Shown: positions 8,568-18,400 of the stretch, piece after piece | Position numbering within the stretch: the stretch's first letter is position 1 | Layout: every line of letters starts with the position of its first letter | DNA from: Bacteroidales bacterium | Lineage (GTDB): Bacteria > Bacteroidota > Bacteroidia > Bacteroidales > VadinHA17 | Direction: 5' to 3' | DNA: 35,776 nt | Assembly: GCA_003501665.1 (NCBI GenBank) | Contig: DNOQ01000096.1 | Coordinates: forward strand, 812-36,587 | Program-made: the position numbers and the translations under genes | The notes under the pieces: generated by a model | What the model saw: the letters and a program-made list of their open reading frames with translations, nothing else | Told to the model about the DNA's origin: nothing | Databases searched by the model: none

Positions 8568-11198
8568 ATGAGCCATCTCTACCAAAAAATATCTTTATTA
8601 AGAAAGCAGTGGGGTAATGATTCGTATCCCTGCGAAGAATACCCCGCCATATCAGAAATACTTGAATACCAGATTGAACCTGAGACCAAAACTCCACTAT
8701 TTCTCAGGATTCCACAGGTTACTGCTCTTGAAACATACTGGTATTTGCGGTTGATGGAGAAGGCGCCGCATATTTTTGATCTTTATAAGAAGAATTTTTC
8801 AAAAAAAACAGACCTCATTAAATCACTTGGCATCTCAAAAGAAGCTTTTGAGACTGTAGATTATGAGTTCGACGACCTAATTGATAGAATCAAAAATGAT
8901 GAAAATTTTGTAAAAGATTTCAAACTTGAATCTATTCGGGAAACGCTGACGCTTGAATATCCAAGTTATATCCTTGCCCTTGCCATGGGTGCCGGGAAAA
9001 CAATTCTTATAGGCTCAATTATCGCCACTGAATTTGTCATGGCTTTAGAATATCCTGAAGGACCTTTTGTTCAGAATGCCCTTGTGTTTGCACCAGGTAA
9101 AACAATTATAGAATCTTTGCGGGAACTCTCAGAGATTCCTTATGAAAAAATATTACCTCCCCGTTTTTATAATCAATTTGCAGCAAGTTTGAAATTAACG
9201 TTTACCCGAGATGGAGAAAAAAACATACCTGTCATCCGTGGGTCTTCTTTTAATGTTGTAGTTACCAACACCGAAAAGATCCGCATTCAGAAAGAGTCTA
9301 TAAGAAAAGGCGAGATAGGAAACCTGTTTGTTCCGGAACGGGAAGACGAGGCAAAGGCAGAGATTGCTAACCTTCGCCTTCAGGATATCGCAAGTCTTCC
9401 ACATCTTGCGGTATTTTCTGATGAAGCACATCATACTTACGGTCAATCAATGGGAAAAGAACTGAAAAAAGTCCGCAAGACCGTTGACTATCTTTACCAG
9501 AACAGTCCGAATCTGATTTGCGTTATAAATACAACGGGCACACCTTATTTTGAACGACAACCATTGAAAGACGTTATTGTGTGGTATGGATTGTCGGAAG
9601 GTATTGCCGGAGGCATATTGAAGGATGTTGCCGACAACATCCGAGCTTATAGTTTCAGCAACGAAAACGCTCCTCAATTTTTGGGTGAGGTTGTAAAAGA
9701 TTTTTTCAAAGATTATGCGGGTGTCTGTCTCCCAAATGGCGCTCCCGCAAAAATTGCAGTATATTTTCCACAAAATGAAGATCTGTCACAACTCCGTCCT
9801 ATTGTAGAATCTGCACTTATTGAAATCGGACAATCACCCTCAATTGTTCTCCGAAATACATCAGAATCAACTAAAGATGAGATAGATGCCTTTAACCGTT
9901 TAAATGTTCCTGAATCTCTACACCGCGTTATTTTGCTTGTCAACAAAGGGACTGAAGGCTGGAACTGTCCGAGTCTTTTTGCCTGTGCCCTGGCACGTAA
10001 ACTCAAATCTTCAAATAATTTTGTTCTGCAGGCTGCTACGAGATGCCTCAGACAGGTTCCCGGCAACAGTGTTAGTGCTCGGATTTATCTTTCGATGGAT
10101 AATCGGAGCATCCTTGACCGCCAATTGCAGGAGACGTATGGAGAAACTATATCTGACTTGATCAATGCAGGTCGTGAGAGAGGCACAGCTCTTCTAAAAC
10201 TCAGAAAATTCAATATGCCTCCATTGGTTTTTACTCAAACCATAAGGACAGTCACACGAAGAGATAATACTTTAGAAACAACGCTCTCACTTGAAAGACC
10301 ATCATTGAAAAAAAGCGGCCTAACCGAAGTATTTTTTACTCTTTCGAAACAACAGGCAACAAAGAGCGTATTACAACAGGTTGGCGACAGCGTTCATATG
10401 GATTCAGTTGAAACATTCACTGATACATATACTGCCGCTGTTGAGTTATCACAGAATTACAGGCTTGATCTCTGGATTATATATGATGAATTGATGAAAT
10501 TGTATGGCAAGAAAGCTGAAATTCCATATGCTCATCTGCCTGTCCTATGCAGACAGATCGAGGAGCAGACACGCTTTTATGAGATAAAGGAAGAGAAAAT
10601 AGATTTTGCTCTTGCTCTTGTAAAACCCGAAGGGTTCTCAAAGGAAAAAGAACAGGATGGCACAGAGGTTTTTACAGCAGAAATCACCTATTTCAAAGAT
10701 AGAGAGAAGCTTCTTCTAAACGTAGAAGATATTCGAGATAATCAAAACAACTTAGGGTTTCACTATGCTCCATATAATTTCGATTCAACTCCTGAAAAAT
10801 CGTTTTTTGAACAGATGCTCAAGCGACTGAATCTTCATCCATCAGAAATCGAGGATATATATTTCACAGGCGCTCTCACGGACAGAAACAAGACAGATTT
10901 TTTCGTCGAATATAAGGACGATAAAGGTAAGTGGCGGAAATACACGCCTGATTTCATCATTCGCAAGAAAGCTAAAGGAAAGAAGCAGGGGAAATGCTAT
11001 ATTGTGGAAATCAAGGCTGACAGATTCCGCGATGACAATCTCGATGGGGAAAATGGTAGGAAAGCTATGGCGTTGAGGAAGTTGGAAAAGATTAACCCAG
11101 AACTTTTGAAATATGAGATAATTTATACCGGTACTGATACAATTTCCTATGACCAAAATAAAGGTGTGCGAGAGTTTGTTGAGAAGGTTCAGGAATGA
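8568..11198 (+). CDS. res: Type III restriction enzyme Res subunit (SF2 DEAH helicase + C-terminal PD-(D/E)xK nuclease)
   Basis: Walker A is LAMGAGKT. The DEAH box is FSDEAHHTYG. Motif III is NTTGTP and motif VI is QAATRCLR. The C-terminal nuclease motif is YTPDFII...CYIVEIKADR. The stop overlaps the start of the methyltransferase gene (ATGA). Confidence 0.85.
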   Translation: MSHLYQKISLLRKQWGNDSYPCEEYPAISEILEYQIEPETKTPLFLRIPQVTALETYWYLRLMEKAPHIFDLYKKNFSKKTDLIKSLGISKEAFETVDYEFDDLIDRIKNDENFVKDFKLESIRETLTLEYPSYILALAMGAGKTILIGSIIATEFVMALEYPEGPFVQNALVFAPGKTIIESLRELSEIPYEKILPPRFYNQFAASLKLTFTRDGEKNIPVIRGSSFNVVVTNTEKIRIQKESIRKGEIGNLFVPEREDEAKAEIANLRLQDIASLPHLAVFSDEAHHTYGQSMGKELKKVRKTVDYLYQNSPNLICVINTTGTPYFERQPLKDVIVWYGLSEGIAGGILKDVADNIRAYSFSNENAPQFLGEVVKDFFKDYAGVCLPNGAPAKIAVYFPQNEDLSQLRPIVESALIEIGQSPSIVLRNTSESTKDEIDAFNRLNVPESLHRVILLVNKGTEGWNCPSLFACALARKLKSSNNFVLQAATRCLRQVPGNSVSARIYLSMDNRSILDRQLQETYGETISDLINAGRERGTALLKLRKFNMPPLVFTQTIRTVTRRDNTLETTLSLERPSLKKSGLTEVFFTLSKQQATKSVLQQVGDSVHMDSVETFTDTYTAAVELSQNYRLDLWIIYDELMKLYGKKAEIPYAHLPVLCRQIEEQTRFYEIKEEKIDFALALVKPEGFSKEKEQDGTEVFTAEITYFKDREKLLLNVEDIRDNQNNLGFHYAPYNFDSTPEKSFFEQMLKRLNLHPSEIEDIYFTGALTDRNKTDFFVEYKDDKGKWRKYTPDFIIRKKAKGKKQGKCYIVEIKADRFRDDNLDGENGRKAMALRKLEKINPELLKYEIIYTGTDTISYDQNKGVREFVEKVQE

Positions 11199-13072
11199 CC
11201 GAGAAAAAGGAAATTAAGATAAAACCCGCGAAGGGAAGGCCGATGCTCACATGGGTCGGCAAGCGACCCTTAAAAAGCGTTGCTGCTTTCCCTGCTCAGC
11301 ATATTGAAACATATGATCCAAACAATGAACTCAGCAATGAGAAAGCTGAAGATCTCTGGAAAGTCTGGCCTGAAAAATATCCAAAAGGTGGCCTACTGTT
11401 CCATGGTGACAACAAGGAAGTCCTTGCCCATCTCCTCGCAAACGGATTCCGTGGAAAGATAAATCTGATATATATTGATCCTCCATTCGATTCGGGTGCT
11501 GATTATGTCCGAAAGGTTCAACTGAGAGGTGTCGAGGGCATAACAAAAATTGACGGCGAAACCTATACACTTGGAGAGCAGATACAGTATACCGACATTT
11601 GGGCAAATGATAACTATTTGCAGTTTATGTATGAGAGATTATTACTCATGAAGGAGCTATTAGCCGAAAATGGATGCATTTGGGTACATTGTGATTGGCA
11701 TAAAAGTCATCATTTACGTTTCTTAATGGATGAGGTGTTTGGTAGTGATCATTTTATGAACGAAATTGTATGGCGTTATGTAAAGTTTCAAATGGGAGAG
11801 ATGGGAAGATTCGCTAATAATTCAGATCGCCTTTTACTTTATAAAAAGTCACTTGAAAAATGGGTTTTCAATCCAATTAAGTTCAAATTGGAGATTCCCA
11901 AAAAACTACTCAAAAAAGGCTGGGACAAAGAAAGTGGAACAATTCAAAATATCAAAGATGAGAATGGGAAAACCCAAAAAATTGAAATTACGGAAGAAAA
12001 GGTAGATGATGTTTGGAATCTACAATTTATGGGAGCAACATCTGGAGAGAGAACTGATTATCCAACTCAGAAGCCTGAAAGAGTATTGGAAAGGGTTATT
12101 CAATCAACTTCAAATCCCGGCGATATAGTGCTCGATTGCTTCCTCGGCTCAGGTACAACAACAGCAGTTGCTCAGAGATTAGGTCGAAAATGGATCGGAT
12201 GTGATATTAATAAAGGAGCAATTCAAATAACAGCAAAACGTCTACAAACAATCATACAAGAGCAGATAGAAGCCTTTGAGAAGAGTAAAATTAAGAATTC
12301 TCAGGTTAAACTCATTGAAATTGAAGAAAAAAAAGAAATAGAGCAGGGACAGCTCGCTTTTACCGTTTGGCGGGTAAACGACTATGACCTGCAGATTCAG
12401 CATAATGAGGCCGTGAATCTTGCCTGTGAGCATATAGGAATAGAACGAACACGGTCTGATGTTTTCTTTGACGGAATCATTGGAAAGAAGCTTGCAAAGA
12501 TTATCCCCTTTAATCACCCTCTTTCACCAATTGATCTTGAGGAGATCAAGAGAGAACTCGATGTACGTCCTGATGAGGATAGGAATATTCTTGTCGTCTG
12601 CCTAGGCAAAGAGCTTGCAGCAGACGTGTGGGTTGATGAATGGAACAGGCTTCGCAGGGGGAAGAATGCTGTCAATAAAATAGAAATTGTAGAACTCCGT
12701 ACTGATCCGAAATATGGGAAATTCATAGAACATAAATCGGCTTCGGCAAAGTTATCTATAACGCGAAGCAAGGACAAGATTAAAGTAAAGATCGAGGATT
12801 TTATTAGTCCCAGCATCGTCGAGCGGCTTGATATAGATATGAAAATATTTAGGGCAAAAATAACGGACTGGCGGAGTATGGTAGATTGCATCATGATTGA
12901 CACTGCATATAACAGCGAAGCCTTTAATATTATCCTTTCAGATATCCCCGAGAAAAAAACTGATATAGTAATAGGTGAATATGAATTGCCAGTGCCCCAG
13001 CAAACAACTACTGTTGCGGTTAAGATCATCGACATGCTGGGTGAAGAACTGATTCTTACAAAGGTGGTATAA
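11195..13072 (+). CDS. mod: Type III-like DNA methyltransferase Mod subunit (beta-class N6A/N4C MTase)
   Basis: Motif IV is LIYIDPPFDSG. It is followed, after a variable (TRD-like) region, by TQKPERVLERVI and the AdoMet motif I VLDCFLGSGTTTAVAQRLGRKWIGCDIN. This is the beta-class motif order expected of Type III Mod proteins. Confidence 0.85.
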   Translation: MTEKKEIKIKPAKGRPMLTWVGKRPLKSVAAFPAQHIETYDPNNELSNEKAEDLWKVWPEKYPKGGLLFHGDNKEVLAHLLANGFRGKINLIYIDPPFDSGADYVRKVQLRGVEGITKIDGETYTLGEQIQYTDIWANDNYLQFMYERLLLMKELLAENGCIWVHCDWHKSHHLRFLMDEVFGSDHFMNEIVWRYVKFQMGEMGRFANNSDRLLLYKKSLEKWVFNPIKFKLEIPKKLLKKGWDKESGTIQNIKDENGKTQKIEITEEKVDDVWNLQFMGATSGERTDYPTQKPERVLERVIQSTSNPGDIVLDCFLGSGTTTAVAQRLGRKWIGCDINKGAIQITAKRLQTIIQEQIEAFEKSKIKNSQVKLIEIEEKKEIEQGQLAFTVWRVNDYDLQIQHNEAVNLACEHIGIERTRSDVFFDGIIGKKLAKIIPFNHPLSPIDLEEIKRELDVRPDEDRNILVVCLGKELAADVWVDEWNRLRRGKNAVNKIEIVELRTDPKYGKFIEHKSASAKLSITRSKDKIKVKIEDFISPSIVERLDIDMKIFRAKITDWRSMVDCIMIDTAYNSEAFNIILSDIPEKKTDIVIGEYELPVPQQTTTVAVKIIDMLGEELILTKVV

Positions 13073-13078
13073 TTAATT

Positions 13079-13639
13079 ATGCTTATTGAGCATGATAGAG
13101 AAAAACTGCTCAATTCAATAATTTATTTCCTGAGCAATACAAAATTCTGCGGTAAAACAAAGCTGTTCAAGCTTTTGTACTACCTTGATTTTATGCATTT
13201 CAGGGAGACGGGGCGCTCTGTAACTAATCTGGATTATTTTGCATGGAATTTTGGGCCTGTCCCCAAAAAACTTTTTGAAGAGATGGAAAATCCGCCTTCT
13301 GATTTAAAAGAGAGTATAATTATTCCTCCAAAGATTAGTGAAAAAATATTTGTCGAAATGAAACCAAAGAAAAGGTTTTATGACAAATATTTTACGAAGA
13401 GGGAACTGCGCATATTAGAAAAAGTGGCATTTATCTTCAGAGACGCTGAGGCCGAGCATATGGTTGAAGCATCTCATTTACCGAATCATCCATGGGATAA
13501 GACAATCAAAATGAATGGCGAGTATGAAAAAATAGATTACACACTTGCTTTAGATGATAGTGAAGATTCTCTGCCATTAGAAGAAGTGATAGAAAGGATA
13601 AAAGAGAAAAAGGAGCTTAAAAAAGTCTTTAATGAATAA
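13079..13639 (+). CDS. Panacea-domain (DUF4065, SocA/GepA-like) antitoxin candidate
   Basis: The N-terminal segment KLLNSIIYFLS...GKTKLFKLLYYLDFMHFRETGRSVTNLDYFAWNFGPV matches my memory of the DUF4065/Panacea signature (KL.KLLYy.D......g.pit...y.a...GPv). It starts 6 nt after the mod stop and overlaps the next ORF by 8 nt. Confidence 0.7.
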   Translation: MLIEHDREKLLNSIIYFLSNTKFCGKTKLFKLLYYLDFMHFRETGRSVTNLDYFAWNFGPVPKKLFEEMENPPSDLKESIIIPPKISEKIFVEMKPKKRFYDKYFTKRELRILEKVAFIFRDAEAEHMVEASHLPNHPWDKTIKMNGEYEKIDYTLALDDSEDSLPLEEVIERIKEKKELKKVFNE

Positions 13640-14027
13640 AGGGGCAATCCTTTTCCACAGGGATTTCCAGTTCCACAACGGTCAATCAGGTGAGAAATTA
13701 ATAATAGTTCTCAACACACCAAAAGACAAAGAGCCATATCTTTGCTGCAAAACAACCTCAAAACAGAAATTCAATATCGACAAAGAAGGATGCCATAGCC
13801 CAAAGAACGTCTATGTCATAAATTCAACGATCGACTGGTTTAAAGTAAAAACATGGGTGCAGTTCCATGAGCTATACGAATTTGAACCGCAGAAATTCTT
13901 ACAGGCACATTTTAAGGGTGTTTTGGAAATAAAAGGAGAATTAAAAGAAAGTACTGTAAATGCAATAAGGAACTGCATAAGGCGCTCTGAAGATGTCTCC
14001 ATATATCATCTCTCTCTATTGTCTTAA
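13632..14027 (+). CDS. Putative toxin partner of the Panacea antitoxin (PanT candidate); possibly a MazF/PemK-like fold
   Basis: 131-aa ORF translationally coupled to the DUF4065 gene. The N-terminus KGAILFHRDFQFHNGQSGEKLIIVLN...CCKTTS loosely follows the G-x-I-h..dF....G.E...RP.hVh...T pattern of MazF/PemK toxins. The fold assignment is unverified. Confidence 0.45.
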   Translation: MNKGAILFHRDFQFHNGQSGEKLIIVLNTPKDKEPYLCCKTTSKQKFNIDKEGCHSPKNVYVINSTIDWFKVKTWVQFHELYEFEPQKFLQAHFKGVLEIKGELKESTVNAIRNCIRRSEDVSIYHLSLLS

Positions 14028-14351
14028 ACACGCATGCGTCGGTGATTGAGATAATAAGAAAAAAATGTTTCACTCTTATTATCTGTACGGTGTAGGCGTG
14101 CATCGAGAGGAACTGAAGCGATAAATCTTAATTATTTTCAGAAGAAACAAACGGTATTATTAGCCTAGGCAGAAATACATAGTACTGTGAGCAGGCCACC
14201 GAGCAATGGATACCTCCCGACTGGCAATCCAGCATCTCACCGATCGACTTGGTTGCCAAAAAAGAGGATTAACTGTCGCTTCCCTGTAAAATATCGCCAC
14301 GGACGGTAGGACCAAGAGCCCTTCACACATATTCATAATTGATTGAGCAAG

Positions 14352-14786
14352 TTACCGCAGATATTCTTTTTTCCCAAAAATAATAAAGCGTCTCTTCTTA
14401 AGCTTTTCTACTCTCAGTAAAATTATTTCGATACCTTTCCCCCGCGCCTCATTCTTGAATGACTCACTGATCTCTGTATTTCGGGGATATACTATATATT
14501 TTTCTGTCGGGAAAAATGGGTAGTTATACTTATTCACCTGTTTGAGATGATCTTTTCGAGCTTGTATTGTATATTTACCCTCAACAATGATTCTTCTTTT
14601 TGAGTTGTTGTTGTCAATAGCGTAAACGTCAGGCCGCCTTTGTGTGGTCTTAGATTTTTTTTGCCGATAAATTGTACATCCTCTCAGTACACTGAGTTTT
14701 GGTAATCGCTCTTCAAATTTACGCCACTCAACTTGACTCGGTTCGGTATTGAAATTGTTCATCAATTTTGTAAACTTTTCTATCAT
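14352..14786 (-). CDS. Small PD-(D/E)xK (Mrr-cat/restriction-endonuclease-like) protein
   Basis: 144 aa with RRPDVYAID...RRIIVEGKY, a D...(D/E)xK arrangement. It is monocistronic and convergent with the R-M/TA operon. Confidence 0.5.
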   Translation of the reverse strand: MIEKFTKLMNNFNTEPSQVEWRKFEERLPKLSVLRGCTIYRQKKSKTTQRRPDVYAIDNNNSKRRIIVEGKYTIQARKDHLKQVNKYNYPFFPTEKYIVYPRNTEISESFKNEARGKGIEIILLRVEKLKKRRFIIFGKKEYLR

Positions 14787-15244
14787 GATTTCAGCTTCCC
14801 TCCTTCATCTTTCTTAGTTAATCCTCTATTGTAAGTCTAAAGTTATTATCTACTTACCCGACCTCCAGGGCAACCTTCAATAGAGCTGAATATGAGCGAA
14901 TTCTACCGATTTTTCGATAAGTGCGGGGTTTATTCCGGGAACTCTTTTTTTCGCAATATATTCGCTTTTTTCTTCGAATATCATTCACTGAGGAATACAG
15001 TAGCGTGGTCGGGCTTTATTAGCGCGGTGAAAGCTGGGCGGCGGGTCTGCACTTGTAGCAATTTCTGATAGTAACACGATGGATCTTGACGATGCTCTGC
15101 GGTCTGTTATTCTGTGAGAAGGTCATCCTGTGCTATCCACCTGATACTTGATATTAAGGTCATCTCAGCGACACTGTCGCTTTCCAAAAGCAACTGTCAC
15201 AGAAAAGGACCCCTTTACACCTCGATGCCTTCCTGATGCATGCG

Positions 15245-15272
15245 TTGACTTAGACATACCAAAGGGTATAAA
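15245..15272 (+). promoter_or_regulatory. Candidate sigma70-type promoter for the CHAT gene
   Basis: TTGACT (15245-15250), a 16-nt spacer, then TATAAA (15267-15272). It lies about 150 nt upstream of the CHAT ATG, inside a 640-bp non-coding gap. Confidence 0.35.
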
Positions 15273-15424
15273 TTTAACATAATTTTCGATTTGAACACTT
15301 CAAGAGTAAAAAATTAGTGATGCCCGATCTATTGGAGATACATTAATAAAATAATCTTGTTTCAAAAAGATTACATTTATGAAATACGTGATCCACATAG
15401 TGCTTTCAAACAATCATAGGAAAA

Positions 15425-18400
15425 ATGCCTTATAGTTCGAATGATTTTGAGATTCTGCTGGAACGAATTGTCAAGCGAAAAAGTTCTGCGGATGCTCATC
15501 AGGCTTGGGATGAATTGCATCAACTCGCGGGGAAAGAACGTCAACGATTATTTATCAAATGCATACAGCAACACGATATTGTTAACTCTAATGCTACCCT
15601 ATATTTATACCAATTTGGATATTGGTATCCTGATGAAACATTAAATATTCTTAAGACTGTGGCCCAAGATGGTAGCCTATTAGCTTGGCAAATATTATGT
15701 GCTCAGTTATCACGACAAGATATTTATAGTGATGGAGAGCGATGTCATCCCTTTAAGCCTATTGAAAATGCAGCGGAACTTGAAATAAAAACTGCTGCAG
15801 TAGATGTCATTCAGCAGTTCATTATTCAAAATCTTTTAAACTCAGATTTACGTCTTGTTTCGCAGATAGCAGAGGCTCTTTCAAGAGCACCTTCCCTAAG
15901 CGCATTAGAATTTCTTACTGACATAGTGTCTAATAGGAAATATGATACAGACCGGCGATTAATTCTATGCGTCGGCGTTAAATGCGTGGCCGAAGCACTC
16001 TATACAAAGCTCAAGCAAAGGGATTGGATTTCAATGGCACAAAAACTTGCAGTTATAGTGACAAATAATGAAGAAGATTTTAATATCCGCGGTGAATTAG
16101 CATATGTTTTCCTTTTTTTTCCGCTGCCCGAAGGAATTTCCGCTGTTCGCAGTCTCATTGAAAATACAAAAAAAACTGGCTTCGGATCTGTCTATTTGGC
16201 TGATCTTGATAATCTTCTTAAGGATTTAGAGAAATGTGACGTCACTTCTGATAACGACATTTTACCCCATTTAACTGCAGATGAAATCATCCAAGCTATC
16301 ATGGGTTTTTCAAAGAAATCGATATATAGTTACGGTCGCTGGGGCGAAGCCCTTTCCCAGGGTTCAACCCTGTGTCTAGAGACAGGAGATACCAAGACAT
16401 TCCATTACTCAAAAGAAGTTATTGATAAATGCATTGGAATCATTCATCCGTTTGATAAGGACGATCCGGAATGGTGTGATCGTTATGTAAAGCTTTTAGT
16501 CGAGGCTGTTTGTTTCAATGGACCGCCAGAAGCTATGTTTCAGTGCATAGTGGCTGGTGCAAGTCGATCATTAAATAAAGTGAAGTTATTCAATGTATTA
16601 AACTTTCTTCAATTAGCATTTAACAATATTAATAGACTTTACATCCCGTCAATTATAGAACGCTTTGGCTTGTTAGGTGAACTGGGCATCTTGTCAGGGC
16701 AGAAAGCTCAGAATGAGGGGCAAACAGATCTTGCAATTTCCTTTTACGAATTAACGGCTAAGTTAATGGAGGGTCGAATAGATGAGCATTTTGCGGGAGC
16801 GCTTATGTCTCTTGGAATATTGTATTCCACTCTGGAGGATTGGCCTAACGCTTTGACTTACTTAGAGCGGGCTCGTCCTATTCTTGTACAGATCGAAGAC
16901 CAAGAGAATTTGGCAACTTGTTTAATGGAGATTGGAGTTGCTGAACAGGTACAAGGCAACTATGAAGCATCTAGGCATCATTTAGAATCTGCTTTATCTA
17001 TTTGTGAACCACTTGAGTCTGCCACACATTTTACTGCCCTGCCTCATTGTTTATCACACCTGGCAGATTTGGGTATCGAAGACGGCTCATTATCAAAATC
17101 TGAGGCTATAGAATTGATTGATCGAGCTATTAATCTCGCAAGAGAACGTAAAGATTTTGGGTTAGAAAATTTATTGCTTCATAAAAAGGAAGATATCTTG
17201 GGCCTGTTTAAGATTAAAAATGATTTCGATCATAATGTTCGCAGGATGTACTCTCAAATTGAAGCCAGCCAAGGAGACGATTTTTGGGCTGCGGTTAATT
17301 CTGAATTACGTGAGGCATCAGAATTGGACGGTAGGGCCAATTTCCAGTTCGAAGAAATAGCGAGCGACTTAAGATATAGTGCTCTCTGTCTTTATATACG
17401 AGCCTATATTCGCTTAACCTTTGCCGAAGAGTTTGAGGTTCTACGGCATACTATTGATAATGACATAGACGTCAAAGCACCTAAGTCAGCAAATCATATT
17501 ATTAGTCGAATTATCGACATTCTTATCACCAGAGGAGATATAAATTGGGCAATGGAATTCGCTGATCGTTCCAAATCGAGGTCTTTAATTCGCTTGTGTC
17601 AGCTTTCTCGTTTTGACGTTTTATTAAACAACAAGTCATCGGTACCATCCTACCTAATAACTGAGATTAACGAAACAACGAAGCGTCTCAGCAGCCTCAT
17701 CCATTCTAAGGGCTTAAGTGACTCGGAAGAAGCAAGAAATATTCATTTACGGTTAAAGGACTTAATTTCCTATCTTCCTGCTCCAATACGTAATTCGTTC
17801 GGAATAGATCAAGCGATTAATGATTATATGACATTGCGTAGAGAACTCAAAAATATAGACGATTTCACCAAGATGACCAAAGAGTATTCAGAATCTAAGG
17901 AGTCACCTTTACTAGATTTGTATAAAGGATGGTTGCCATCAGAGACGCTTCCCGAAATAGCCTCATTTCTTAATCCCGATGAGCGCTTAATCGAATACTA
18001 CTTAGATAATGAAAATGATGGTCACATATTTATCCTTGATCCAGATGGAGTAGCACATCATGCATACCTCAATGTTTCCGAGGAAAAGCTCATCTCTCTA
18101 ATATCACAACTTATACCAAATTCCTTCGTTCTTGATAATTCGAAGGAACCCTCAGGCTGTACGGCTATGTTGAGCGAGCTTTATGATATTTTAATTCGTC
18201 CCATTAATAATTGGATTTGTTCTGACACACGCAAAGTCAAGAGATTAGTCATTGTTCCTCACGGACCTTTATTTAATCTGCCATTCGCGCCACTCTGGAA
18301 TAAAGAGCGTCGTCGTTACTTAATTGAAGACTTTGAACTGACAGTAATTCCTAACGGCGGATTTCTTCACTTATTGCAATCTTCAAAAAGACAACTGCCA

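Noticed and set aside
12514-13113. 199-aa Ser/Ile-rich minus-strand ORF
   Set aside because: It is fully antisense to the mod gene and to the start of the Panacea gene. Its composition is typical of an antisense shadow of an AAG/GAA-rich coding region.
14048-14081. AT-rich inverted repeat GATAATAAGA...TCTTATTATC after the toxin candidate, considered as a rho-independent terminator
   Set aside because: The stem is entirely AT-rich, the loop is 14 nt, and no T-tract follows. This is too weak to call a terminator.
14101-14351. Possible pseudogene fragment in the convergent gap; the plus frame reads EQATEQWIPPDWQSSISPIDLVAKKED
   Set aside because: The open stretch is short, has no start or RBS, and resembles nothing I can name. 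It needs a BLASTX search before anything can be claimed.
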